Source of the DNA: Pristiophorus japonicus | Taxonomy: Eukaryota | Length of the DNA stretch: 64,000 nt | Assembly (NCBI RefSeq): GCF_044704955.1 | Contig: NC_091989.1 | Coordinates: forward strand, 21,824,001 to 21,888,000 | Direction of reading: 5' to 3' | Part shown: positions 11,101 to 22,814 of the stretch, in pieces | How the letters are laid out: every line of letters begins with the position of its first letter | Numbering within the stretch: position 1 is the first letter of the stretch | Translations under genes and position numbers: made by a program | Notes under the pieces: model-generated | What the model was told of the DNA's origin: nothing | The model's input: only the letters and a program-made list of their open reading frames with translations | Databases searched by the model: none

Positions 11101-12295
11101 GGTGTTCCGAAGATTATCCGTTGTCTGAAAACTTAAAACACAGAAAAATTGAATGAATTAGAAGAATGCATTTCCGGGCATCTCTTGCAAGGTTTTTGGC
11201 AAACGTGTATCCAGGGTGAGAGATAATAAACAGAATAGACCCTAGGTACTTCACATCATCAAGTTTCACTGGTGCCATAAGTGAAAGGAATTAGATAGGG
11301 GTGACCAGAAAATTAATGCAGAAATCATGTAGTCCATTCAAATATCCCCAATAAGATGGATCAAAACTGGACAGTATAAGACTCAAATTAAAAAAAATAT
11401 ATATTTGCAACTTTTTATTCTCTCTCACATAATCACTGTGGTTCATCATCACTGCATGTGGATTAATAATTAATATATTTGATGGATGCTCGTGTATCTT
11501 TGATCCTACAGTAGTCCTTCGTTGACAGTCTTGGACAGCAGGATATTGGTCTGTGGCTCCTCAGGATGGTTACATCTATAAACTGCTGGCGGTTTAAACC
11601 AGCTGAGAGTAGCCAGTGGAAAGCCTATTCTCCAAGTATCTGAAGGGTTGAGTGCAGCAGAAAAAGGCTTTCAAAGTTGCAGTAGTCCTCTACCTTGAAA
11701 CATCTATGGCTCTAGGAGAGCAGGGAAGTGAGATCAGTTTTGGATTGCTCTAGCAAAGAACTGGCACAGAAACCATGCTTGGTCAGGTGGTTTTTAAAGG
11801 AGGTCCTTCAAACAGGAGAGGAAGGTGGAGAGAGAAGGTTTTGGATGAGTTTACGGAGGATACAAACTTTGGTGGGACATAATACAGACGGTAGTGGATC
11901 CAAAATGGGCTGTATTACAGATGGCCGATCTTCTACCACCAGTTTCACCACCACCGCTCCCCCCGTTACTCATTTCATTGGACAGAGGATGGCTGTTGAT
12001 GAGTGATCGGAGCCTTTTTGAAGTGTAATCACTGTTCTTATGTAGGAAACAAAACAATTTGTGCACAGCAAAGACTCACAAACAGCAATGAGATAAATGT
12101 TTTAATGATGTTTGTTGAGAGATAATTATCAGCCAGGATACCAGGGAGAACTCACCTGCTCATCGAAAGTGTGTCACGGGATTATTTACATCCACCCAAG
12201 AGGTTGGTTTAATGCCTCATCTGAAAAATGGCATCTCCGACAGTGCAGCAGTTCCTCGGTACTGCATTGCATTGTCGGCCTACATTGAGCTTCAG

Positions 12296-12980
12296 GGGCC
12301 GAAATTGAGCCCCGCTCCAAACAGGCGCACCTAGTGGATTTGAAAGTTTTGGACTGGTGCGGAGATACCGGAGAAATTCAGGACTCTGAATTTGTTGCCT
12401 GGGTGTGGTGTTCCAGTTGGGTGCGGGGTGAAAGTGCTCTTGCAGCGGGTCCGTCACCCCGGCCAGTCATCAGCGGCACACCCCTTCAGTTAAAAGGGAG
12501 AACTGCTGTGAGCACTGCATACTTTTAAGTTCGGTCCATGGGACCACCAGGGAGGTTTTGGTCAGGCTAGCGGCATGGCACCCAAGAGGGAGTGCCAGGC
12601 TGCCCAGTACGAACCCGGGGGCATAATTGTCGGGCTGTCATGTTAAAAAATTAACATGACAGCAGTGCGCCCTCCCCTTTAAGGGCGGCCGGGCATCCAC
12701 GGAACAGAGTGTGTACCAGCATCAAAAGCTGTCGGGGGCCCCTGACCTGCGACGTGGCCATTCCCACGGGCAATTTTGTGATGGGGTCCCTGCCAGTTGG
12801 AAAGGGGCTGGCGCATCATGCACGCCATGGCAGGAATATAGGCGGAGCGGCCCCTGACACTGCTGCGCTCCTGAGGTAGGGCGAGTTACAAAATGGCAGC
12901 CCCTCCGCGGAGAGTTGGCGGCCATTCCGCGCTGCCTCGTGGCCGCCACTTTCAAGTGGCCAGGGGCAATTTCGGGTCCC
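12296..12980. mobile_element. Harbinger-type MITE inserted in a Deu-SINE
   Basis: Imperfect TIRs gggccgaaattg / caatttcgggtccc; 3-bp CAG target duplication. Confidence 0.7.
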
Positions 12981-13449
12981 CAGTCACTGGAATGTGACTT
13001 TCTGACTCAGATGAGAGTGTGACAACTGAGCCATGGCGAGCACCTAATCACAATGGCATTCACACGGGCAGTGATGTAGTCAACGCCCTGCGATGCCCAT
13101 CGGTCGCGGAAAGCCTCAATCGTATTGGGTGATCACACTCCAGGGTGCGCACACAGGGATCCACGGCCAGTGCAATATGCCCATTGGTACTTGAAAATTC
13201 AATTGGGAAGTGGATCCTTTTACCGTCTATTCGAATCAAAATGACGGCTGGCGCAACAAAGGCAGGAACGCGGCGATACATTGCCCAATCTGATTCTTGT
13301 GCGCTACCTGCCCCACCACACCAGAAGAATTGGAAAACGGACCTCAACATTGGAGCTAAACGCAAACAATCGGGCGCAGAGAGTCAGGAGGATGGGTCCC
13401 TGGGCCTGTTTGGGCGCAGGGTTCTGGCCGATTGTTAGTGTTTAAATTG

Positions 13450-13910
13450 CAAAAGTGAAACTAAGTTGTGAAACTCCAAGAACAATATTCAACTTTAATT
13501 TTCGATGGGAAAAAAAAACACACCACACACGCAAATCCTTGCTGAATGTTATACATCCTCTCCCTTTCCTGATTTTATTGGGACAATTTTATGCCCTGAA
13601 CCTACCGGTTCCAACTGTTCCACTTCTCTTTATACAAGCTGCGCCATTGACGTTTCGCTTCGGTTTGTTTACGAAACCTAACCAACAGTTAAGGGGAGGG
13701 AATTTCCGGAACAAAATGGACCTCAGGCTGTCAAACTGGCGTCTGCGCTGTACACTGCTGCATATGCAAAAATACCAAGAACTCAATTAAAGTAACATAC
13801 AATGTGCTATTGAAACTAATAGCCGCCCTTGAAGCTTTTCCTCACCCTGCAGAATTCCCGGGCGCGGGTTTAAGCCGATCGCAGAAACTGCTTTAGTTTG
13901 GTTCGGTAAT
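13450..13910 (-). promoter_or_regulatory. Putative CpG-rich promoter/exon-1 region of gene B with IRF-E/ISRE and NF-kB motifs
   Basis: AAAAGTGAAACT at 13451-13462; GGGAATTTCC at 13698-13707; candidate donor gcagg|GTGAGG at 13846/13845; locally CpG-rich. Confidence 0.5.
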
Positions 13911-14003
13911 TCCAGTCGGCAATTGATCCAATATTCAGACAAGCAGCCAGTGCTAAATATTCAGTCACTGATCAAAGTATCCTATCGTTAGCCACTAGCC
14001 ACA

Positions 14004-14383
14004 ACTCTTTCGGAGTTAACAATAAACATTAAATCATAAACATTAAATCGTGCCCCCCCCCCCCCCGGATCTGGGGGACACTCCAAACATTTCCCAAGGC
14101 CCTTTTTTTTTGTATTTTGGTAGATTTTTCTTTTGTGTTTTTTTTTGGGCTCTAAAACCATAATTTACAAGTGCCCCCTATAAAACGGGAGGGGGAACAC
14201 TAAAACCGGCATTTAAAACAAATTAAACTTTGAAACGTATAAAATCAAATTAAAAGTTGGTTGCTGGGGGTTATAATGCACTCCAGTCCCTCCGGCGCCC
14301 ACCTCTCGCGGAAGGCCGCGAGCGTACCGGTGGACACCGCGTGCTCCATCTCCAGGGACACCCTGGCCCGGATGTAAGCACGG
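14004..14383 (-). mobile_element. Tx1-clade non-LTR retrotransposon 3' fragment with 14-bp TSD
   Basis: Minus strand encodes YIRARVSLEMEHAVSTGTLAAFRERWAPEGLECIITP (Tx1-type ORF2 end); TSD agccactagccaca (13990-14003) / agccattagccaca (14384-14397). Confidence 0.75.
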
Positions 14384-14444
14384 AGCCATTAGCCACATTT
14401 GGGCTCCAGATGTGACTAATTGCATTTCTGATTAGCAAATAATA

Positions 14445-17400
14445 ATAACGACAACTTGTATTTATATAGCGCCTCCAATGTAGTGAAACATCCCAAGGCG
14501 CTTCACAGGAGTATTATAAGACAAAAGTTTAACCCTGGCTACATAAGAAGAAACTACGGCAGAGGAGCAAAAGTTTGGTCCAAGAGGTAGGTTATAAGGA
14601 GCGTCTTAAAGAAAGAAATACTTGGATTTATATAGCGCCTTTCGCAACCACTGGATGACTCAAAGCGCTTTACAGCCAATGGTATACTTTTGGAGTGTAG
14701 TCACCGTTGTAATGTAGGAAACGCGGCATCCAATTTGCGCACAGCAAGCTCCCACAAACAGCGATGTGATAATGACCAGAGAGGAGCAAAGAGGTAGAGA
14801 GGCAGGAAGGTTTAGGAAGGGAATTCCAGAGCTTAGGGCCTAGGCACGGCCGGGGTTGTGAGGCTGAAGGAGATTACAGAGATAGGGAAGGACGAGGCCA
14901 TGGAGGGACTTGTAAACAAGGATGAGAATTTTGAAATTGAGGCGTTGCATAACCGGGAGCCAATGTAGGTCAGCAAGTACAGGGGTGATGGGTGAGTGGG
15001 ACTTGGTGCGAGTTTGGACACGGCAGTTGAGTTAGGACATGACAGCTGCGTTTTGGATGACCTCAAGTTTACGTAGGGTAGAAACCCAGCCAGGAGTGCA
15101 TTGGAAATAATCGAGTGTTGAGGTAACAAAGACATGGATGAGGGTTTCAGCAGCAGATGAGCTGAGGCAGGGATGGAGATGGGCAACGTTATGGAGGTGG
15201 AAATAGGTTGTTTTAGTTATGCCGCAGATATGTGGTCAGAAGCACATTTCAGGGTCAAATATGACACCAAGGTTGTGAACAGTCTGGTTCAGCCTCAGAC
15301 AGTTGTTAGGGAGAGATCCATCATCAGAGGCATTCCCTCGGAATCGAGGAAGATTTGCTTCCACTCTTAAAATGAGTCCTTAGGTGGCTGAACATATGAG
15401 AGCCACAGTCCCTGTCACAGGTGGGACAGATAGTCGTTGAGGGAAGGGGTGGGTGGGACTGGTTTGCTGCACGCTCTTTCCGCTGCCTGTGCTTGATTTC
15501 TGTATGCTCTCGACGATGAGACTCGAGGTGCTCAGTGCCCTTCCGGATGCACTTCCTTCACTCAGGGCGATCTTTGGCCAGAGACTTCCAGGTGTCAGTG
15601 GGGATGTTGCACTTTTCTGGGAGGCTTTGAGGGTATCCCTGTAACGTTTCCTCTGCCCACCTTTGGCTCGTTTGCTGTGAAGGAGTTCCGAGTAGAGCTC
15701 TTGCTTTGGGAGTCTCGTGTCTGGCATGTGAACGATGTGGCCTGCCCTGCGGAGCTGATCAAGTGTGGTCAGTATTTCAATGCTGGGGAGTTAGCCTGGT
15801 TGAAGATGCTAATGTTGGTGCGTCTGTCCTTCCAGGAGGCATCTTTGGTGGTATTTCTCCAGAGATTTGAGGTGTCTACTGTACATGGTCAATGTCTCTG
15901 AGCCATATAGGAGGGCGGGTATTACTACAGCTCTGTAAACCCTGAGCTTGGTGGTAGATTTGAGGGCCTGGTCTTCAAACACTCTTTTCCTCAGGCGGCC
16001 GAAGGCGGTGTTGAATCTCGCCGTCAATGTCTGCTCTTGTTGCTGAGGCTCCCGAGGTATGGTCCACCTTGTCCAGGGCCGCGCTATGTGGCGAGGACAA
16101 GCTGGTGGAGGACTTTTGTCTTACGGATGTTTAGCGTAAGGCCCATGTTTTCGTACGCCTCAGTAATTACGTCGACTAGGGAGAGATATAGAGTCGATGG
16201 CTAGGGAATGAAGTTTGTGGCGGGGACTGAAAACAATGGCTTTTGTCTTCCCAATATTTCATTGGAGAAAATGTCTGCTCAGCCATTACTGGATGTCGGA
16301 CAAACAGTCTGACAATTTAGAGACTGTGGAGGGGTCGAGAGAAATGGTGGTGATGTGGAGCTGGGTGTCATCAGCGTACGTGTGGAAACTGATGCTGTGC
16401 TTTTGGATGATGTCGCCAAGGGGCAACATATATTTGAGAATAGGAGGAGGCAAAGGATAGATCCTTGGGGGACACCAGAGGTAACGATACGGGAGTGGGA
16501 AGTGAAGCCATTGCAGGTGATTTTCTGGCTACGATTAGATAGATAAGAATGGAACCAGGCGAGTGCAGTCCCACCCAGCTGGACGATGGTGGAGAGTCGT
16601 TGGAGGAGGATGGAGTTGTCAAACGTGTCAAAGGTTGCAGACCGGTCGAGAAGAACGAGAAGGGATAGTTTACTTTTGTCACATTCACAAAGGATGCTAT
16701 TTGTGACTTTAATGAGTGCCATTTCGGTACTGTGGCAGGGGTGGAAATCGGATTCAAGGGATTCAGACATTGAGTCGTTTCGGGAAAGATGGGCACAAAT
16801 ATGGGTGGCGACAACAAGGACTTTGGAGAGGAAAGAGAGGTTGGAGATGGGGCGGTAGCTGGCAAGCACAGTTGGGCCAAGGGTTGTTTTTTTGAGAGGG
16901 GTGGTGACGGTAGATTTGAAGGAGAGGGGAACAGTACCTGAGGAGGGAGAGAACCGTTAATAATGTCGGCTTACGTGGGAGCTAGAAAAGGAAGTTGGAT
17001 GGTTAGCAATTTATTGGAATAGGTTCAAGGGAGCAGGAAGTGGGTCTCATGGACAAGCTGAGAGTGGAGAGGTCAAGAGGGGAGATCGGAGAGAAAGTGG
17101 AGAAAGATGCGAGTTCTGGGCTAGGGTAGGGTGGAACCTTAGAGGAAGTTTGGCCTGTTGGGCTAGGGGAAGGAAGGGATGGTCTCAATCTTAGAGGCAA
17201 AGAAGTCCATGAGCTCCTTGCACTTGTTGTTGGAAGTGAGTTTTGGGGAGAGAGGTTTAAGAAGATGGTTAGCAGTAGAGAATAGTAGCCGGGGTTTATC
17301 TTTACATTCCAGAATGATCCTGGAATAGTGAGCAATTTTGGCAGACGGGAAAGAGTAGGACCTGATAATGGTTTATGTGGTCCAGCTAGATCTGGCGGTG

Positions 17401-17550
17401 AATGGCTGAACCAGTTGTCCTCATATCCGTTTAAGTCTGCATTCCTTGGACTTGAGGGAGCGAAGATGAGGGCCATACCAGGGGAAATGGCCAGGGTGAG
17501 AGAGAGTAATGGTTTTAATAGGGACTAGGGCATCAAAGGTGGTGGTGAGG
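14445..17550 (-). mobile_element. L2-clade LINE, degenerate, with nested insertions
   Basis: ORF 16279..16869 (SYRPISNLSFLSK...HSTEMALIKV...SGVPQGSIL) is L2-type RT. Confidence 0.85.
15318..16176 (-). mobile_element. RTE (BovB-like) LINE 3' fragment nested in L2
   Basis: MPDTRLPKQELYSEL..GGQRKRYRDTLK and TKLRVYRAVVIPALLYGSET motifs; 11-bp TSD tagggagagat (15307-15317 / 16177-16187). Confidence 0.9.
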
Positions 17551-17555
17551 CATTA

Positions 17556-19058
17556 GGCCCAGAATTTGCTGGAATGGGGATTTCCGTGGCCAACGCAGCG
17601 AGTTGGAATTTTCTCACCCTTCAGCTCTAATTAATTTTACGCCACAGATTGCTGGAAGTGCGAGCTGTTAACAGCGCGGCGAGGGCAACGGGGCATCTGG
17701 GACCTTCGCCAATGAAATGTAAAGATTTGAATGGTTAGTAAACTTCTGAAGTGGCAGCTTGGTCATCTGATTATTTAAACAAAGTTTATTAAAATATCAC
17801 CGAATTAGATACAGGAAAATGAGTCGTTCGCAGTTTATTTGCCGATGGAACATAACACAAACCTGCAAGGTAGCCTCCTGCCCAGTGTTCAGATGGTTTT
17901 TAAATTCAAGAACCGAGGCAGCTGCTGCCTGCTGCTAGATACTTTATTGCAATTCACAACAAATCAAATTTGATGATCTTCCTCTTTGCTGATCAGAAAC
18001 AGTTCCAGCTTTGCTCGTCAGTAACCAGCCCGTGTATTCCCATTCAGTGACATCTGGGTCCAGTGAAACACTTTCCAATCTGTGCTCTTTTTAGTTCTGT
18101 CATTTACTGGTATTCCCTGATGTGTTGGTTTGTCCTTTTATAATGTTTCCAGTTTAACTTGCATCCTGGTCGCATGCTTTATGTGGCATGTGGAGGCCCT
18201 GACCTGCGAGGGAACATCAGCGGCAGGTTGGGGCCATAAAAGGAGCGGTGAGCGGTGGTCACGGGCAGCGTGGAGGCATGCCACTACAAGGCACAGCGCG
18301 AGCTGGTGCAGGAGGGCGACGGCTGTGAAGAGTGACGTCATCAAGATCCAGGTCGGTGATTGGAGCGTGGGCAGATACAGCAGGAGCAGCGAGATCGGGG
18401 CGAAGGAGCAGCGAGAGACTGTAGCGAGATGTGATCCGGGGCCAGGGGCCCAGGGGCAGCACCTGCCAGCCCACACTGCAATACGTGCGCACACTAGGTC
18501 CGTGCAGCAGAGCTGGTCTCCCGTTGTCTTGGGTACTCCTTGCCTCTGGTCCAAGACCCAGCTCTGTCAAGCCTGTGTGGTGGCTGGTGTGCAATGGTCA
18601 CCCCATGTTAAAAACTGCACACACAGGCATCTTCCACCCTTCAGGATGTAGTTCGGGTCCTTCATTGAAACACCTGTGAACTCGTCCTTTTTTTGCCGTG
18701 GAAGCAAGTCGAGGGACTGCCTATGATGAGAACAATTATCATTAATTGCCAACTGGTTTCAAAGTGGAAGGCCATTGGAGGCATAAATTCCCTAAATAGG
18801 GTCCTTACACTGTGAAAATAGTAGCCCTGCTTTTCTGTAGTGAGGTTAATTTGTTTTTACAGTGCTAATGCAGCAATTTCTTGACGCTTGTGGGGAGGTT
18901 GATGGTGAGCTCCGGTTTTTGCCTGCAAAGTTTCAAGCAATTTGTGGCGATTCGCAACTCACGGCATATCTCTTCCTCTCCACAAGTTGCTGGGTATTTT
19001 ACGCACTAATAATGTCCACTGTGAACTCACCATTATTTTTGCAGCAAATTCTGAGCTG
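17556..19058. mobile_element. Non-autonomous DNA transposon (Harbinger-like MITE)
   Basis: Imperfect TIRs ggcccagaatttgctg / cagcaaattctgagct; TAG next to both ends. Confidence 0.55.
18192..18729 (+). mobile_element. ~530-bp non-autonomous retroposon with RTE 3' tail (copy 1)
   Basis: Collinear with 49671-50204 (minus); ends in gaagcaagtc..gagggactgcctatgatg as in RTE. Confidence 0.8.
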
Positions 19059-19945
19059 TAGGGCGTGTGATCTCAATACTCACATTCACATGGCGTCTGT
19101 GCATGAACTTTAACCTTTATCTGGGTTTGGTGGGAAAATGGCAAGATGAAAAGCAGAGCAGGTGGGTGTCTATTTTGCTCATTGAGTGCTCTACTTCCTT
19201 GGTCATTGAATGGTGGTAGATGTTTGTTGAGCAAACATGCACACGTGAAGTGCATTTCCCCTGTATTGTGCAAGTTATTTTCTACTAAAATTAATGTCTG
19301 TGGCTAAAATAGTGTCACTGTAGCCATACCTGTGGTTGTCAGCGATTTCTATTGGATAACACTGCCCTACACACATTAGTAAAATGGTCAGTTTTCCAAC
19401 AGAGCTCCGCTGTTCTTCTTTAAATAGTTATAGGATCCTTCACTGTGAGGGCAGACGGGGTTTCAGTTTGAAGTCTTATCCAAAACTCGGCACCACCGAC
19501 AGTGCAGCACCTCCTCAGTACTGCACTGGACTGTCAGCCTAGATTTTGTACCAAAGGAAGATAACAATTTAAGAGTGGGAGTGGGGGTAAATGAACAAAT
19601 TACACTCACTGACTAACTTACCTTGCATTTTGTGTTTGTTTTTTTAAATCAGGGTGCCATTGCACAATTCCTGGGAATGATCCCCAGCATATAAAATGGA
19701 TGCACTGGGTAGTATAGGTGAGATTTAGATATAGAATTAGAGCAGTGAGATATGTTATATAAGACTAGAGCTGGTAATGTGTAATATTAAGGACATGCGG
19801 CACTCAACCAAATGATTTGAAATTTCACAATGTCTCAACAGACAAAAGGCAGTAGTGACATTCCTTCAAAGAAACATCCTTGGAGATGAAGCCATGGGCA
19901 GGGCAGGCTTTCTCGGCCTTGTTTAACACTGGGAGAAAACACTTT

Positions 19946-22120
19946 GGGGTGGAAATTCAGTTGTCTACTGCCTCAGTTAGCGGCCAGGAGGGTCATTAAT
20001 GCGAGCGTAATAGTTTACCGACTGGGCACGCAGCTTGTAGCACCCCGCCCAAAAATTTAGTTGAGGTTTACCAGTAGCACAAAACGCAAGCGCCTGGCTG
20101 ACTATAAGTCAGATCATGACGTCAGTTCTGGTGCAACGACCACACTTATGCCCTGCTCACTGAATCAAGTGTGGCCGCCCCATTTAGCGACTGCCACGAA
20201 TCACGCATGAAAAAACAGTTAGCACAACCTTCCACAGTCGTTAACTGGTGGCTACTTAAAGGGATGAGAAAGCGCTTCCCTCGAAGGCACAGTCAGTGAA
20301 ACGTTCACACAGAGCCTGAGTTTGCAGCGGCAAACAGACCTAACTGTACAGCTTGATAACAAGTGATTTTGAAAACTTTAATGGATGCATTACTATGTCA
20401 CCAATGTTGCATTCTACATGCTCCAGTAAGGCGGCATCAAGAGAGAAGGGCTGTTGGCCATGTCGGGGGCTGAAGGAGGAGAGCCCCTAGACATCGGGGC
20501 AGGAGGCCTTACCCCACAACCCCCCCCCCCCCCCCGGCTTTACCGGCTGCAGGGCTCACACCTGCACCTATCCAAGGAGCAGTGTGTCAGAAGGCTGCGC
20601 TTCCAAAAGGAGGTAGTTACAGGGATATGCCATCTCCTGCAGGAAGACCTGCAGCCTCACATCGGCACCAGGACTGTGCTGCCCGTCGCAATGAAGGTCA
20701 CGGTGCCACTCACCTTCTATGCCTCTGACTCCTACCTGGCTGCATCAGGGACATATGCAGTCTCTCAATTTGCAGCATATCGCTGCATCCATGATGTCAC
20801 AGGCTCTGTACATACGCAGAATGGACTTCATTAACTTCCCGATGACCACGGAGAAACAGAATGAGCACGCATGTGGGTTTGCCAGGACAGTGGGCTTCCC
20901 GAGGATTCAAGGAGCAATTGACTGCACACACGTGGCCTTGCGAGCACCATTCGAGAATGCAGAGGTATTCAGAAACAGAAAGGGATACCACATGCAGTGC
21001 ATCCTCGCAGTCAATGCTCACTATACTGGAAGCGCACATGATGCGTTTATCCTGCGGGAGAGCACTGTGCCACGACTGTTTCAGCCACCATGGGAAGGCT
21101 GAGGCTGGCTGCTTAGGGACAAGAGATATGGCCTGGCCATCTGGCTAATGACCCCCCTCCGCAACCCCACCACAGAACTGGAGAGGAACGCTACAATGAG
21201 GACCATGCTGCTACCCGCAACATCACAGAGCAGACAACAGGGCTGGTGAAGCAGCGACTGCTCCGGAGGCAGTCTTCAATACTCCCCTCAACAGGTCTTG
21301 CTATTCATTGTGGTGTGCTGCATGCTGCACAACTTGGCTATCATGAGGGCCCAGGCCTTGCCAGTCAGGATCACAGGCCCACCTCAGGAGGAGGAGGAGG
21401 ATGAGGAACAGGAGCCTGTCGAGGCCTCGAAAGTCCAGCAAGGTGACGAGGACCAGCACTGAGGAGACAGCGTGCCAATGTTGCCGACGCGAGGGCTATT
21501 CGGCAGCGGCTCATAAGACATCAGTTTGCTTAAATAGAGGGAGCTGAGGGATGCAGCTAATAATGACCGCACATGTGCAACGATAATGCCACATCTCCGT
21601 CACAAGTCCACAGTCATACACCAGAGGCTGAAGGAGATGGTCAAAGCAACATTTTATTTATTCACATCCTTCAAACAACCCCAAAAACCTCACACCCACA
21701 AAAATTTAAAACTGGAGCTACCGCCCCTTCAAACAGCAGAATACATAATGTTTATCAACATCACATGTACACACGCCCAATGAGGACACATCTCATTAGT
21801 GCGTCTTGCGCAGGTATTTGCCACCCCTCTGCCTCACCCCCCCTCTCATGTCTTCTGCTCCTCCTCAATGTGGCCTCGGTGCCTGTAGCAAGGCTTCTTG
21901 AGCACTGCTCTGTATCTGAGGGAGACAGGACAGACAGCCTACGAGAAGGCCCAAGACCAGCTGTGGGCCTGGAAGGCCCGGCTACTGACTGCACCACCTC
22001 AGAATGGCCAGCAACAGTCTGGGATGGCTGGAGTGCAGGGCATGGCGGGTGCAAAGGCAGAATGGCCGTGGTGGGAGCCGGAATGCTATCATTGTGAAGA
22101 TTCACTGCAGACATCATAAC
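19946..22120 (+). mobile_element. Degenerate Harbinger/PIF transposon (HARBI1-type DDE transposase pseudogene at about 20400-21370)
   Basis: ORFs 20454..20834 and 20719..21102: RRLRFQKE..., GFPRIQGAIDCTH, FRNRKGYH, GSAHDAFIL; frameshifted. Confidence 0.85.
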
Positions 22121-22814
22121 ATTCCAACACAGTCGCAGCTACACCTGATCTTGCTTCCCAGACTAGCTGCATTCTGTGTCTCATCCTTACTGTTGGTTAA
22201 TATCCAACTTTCACCCACAGCCTTCCTATTCAGCTATAGCAATCCTCTTTCTCACCCCTGACTGGTTACAGCTTACTCAGACTTTTAATTATAAGCAAAA
22301 AGTTATGTCATATATAATTCAGGTTATCACTGCATGCAATTCATGATTACAGATTTCTACATTTAATTCTTGCATGCGATTATAAATCCATTACTGACAA
22401 TTATAAGATATAAAAATAAGTATTCTAAAAATCAACTAGTCCAAACAATACACAACCAAGGGACAAGGCAGCAAAACTCCTGGCAAGTCAATTGAAGTAG
22501 GAGGTATAGGCAAGGGGAGTAATGCTCACAGTCAGAAATAAGGAAGTAGCCACAGGTGATTGAGAAGTTTTGTGGATCTGGTCAATTGTTGAGAATCACC
22601 GGTGACTATTGAATACATGACAAGAGTTGTATAAAACCATTTTATACATAATAGGGTGTACCCAGTAAGGTCTGACCTATTGCGTACTTATGATATGTAC
22701 AAAGATTCTAAAATTATCCACCCCAGGTGTTTAAAAAGCACAGTATAAGGACATCCTAATTTTGATATGGCTTTATAGTAGAAGCCGCAATGCACTTGCT
22801 GAACAATCTCTCTT

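Noticed and set aside
20454-21102. Host HARBI1 gene
   Set aside because: Frameshifted and deleted, with a second decayed copy at 49-50 kb; transposon relics
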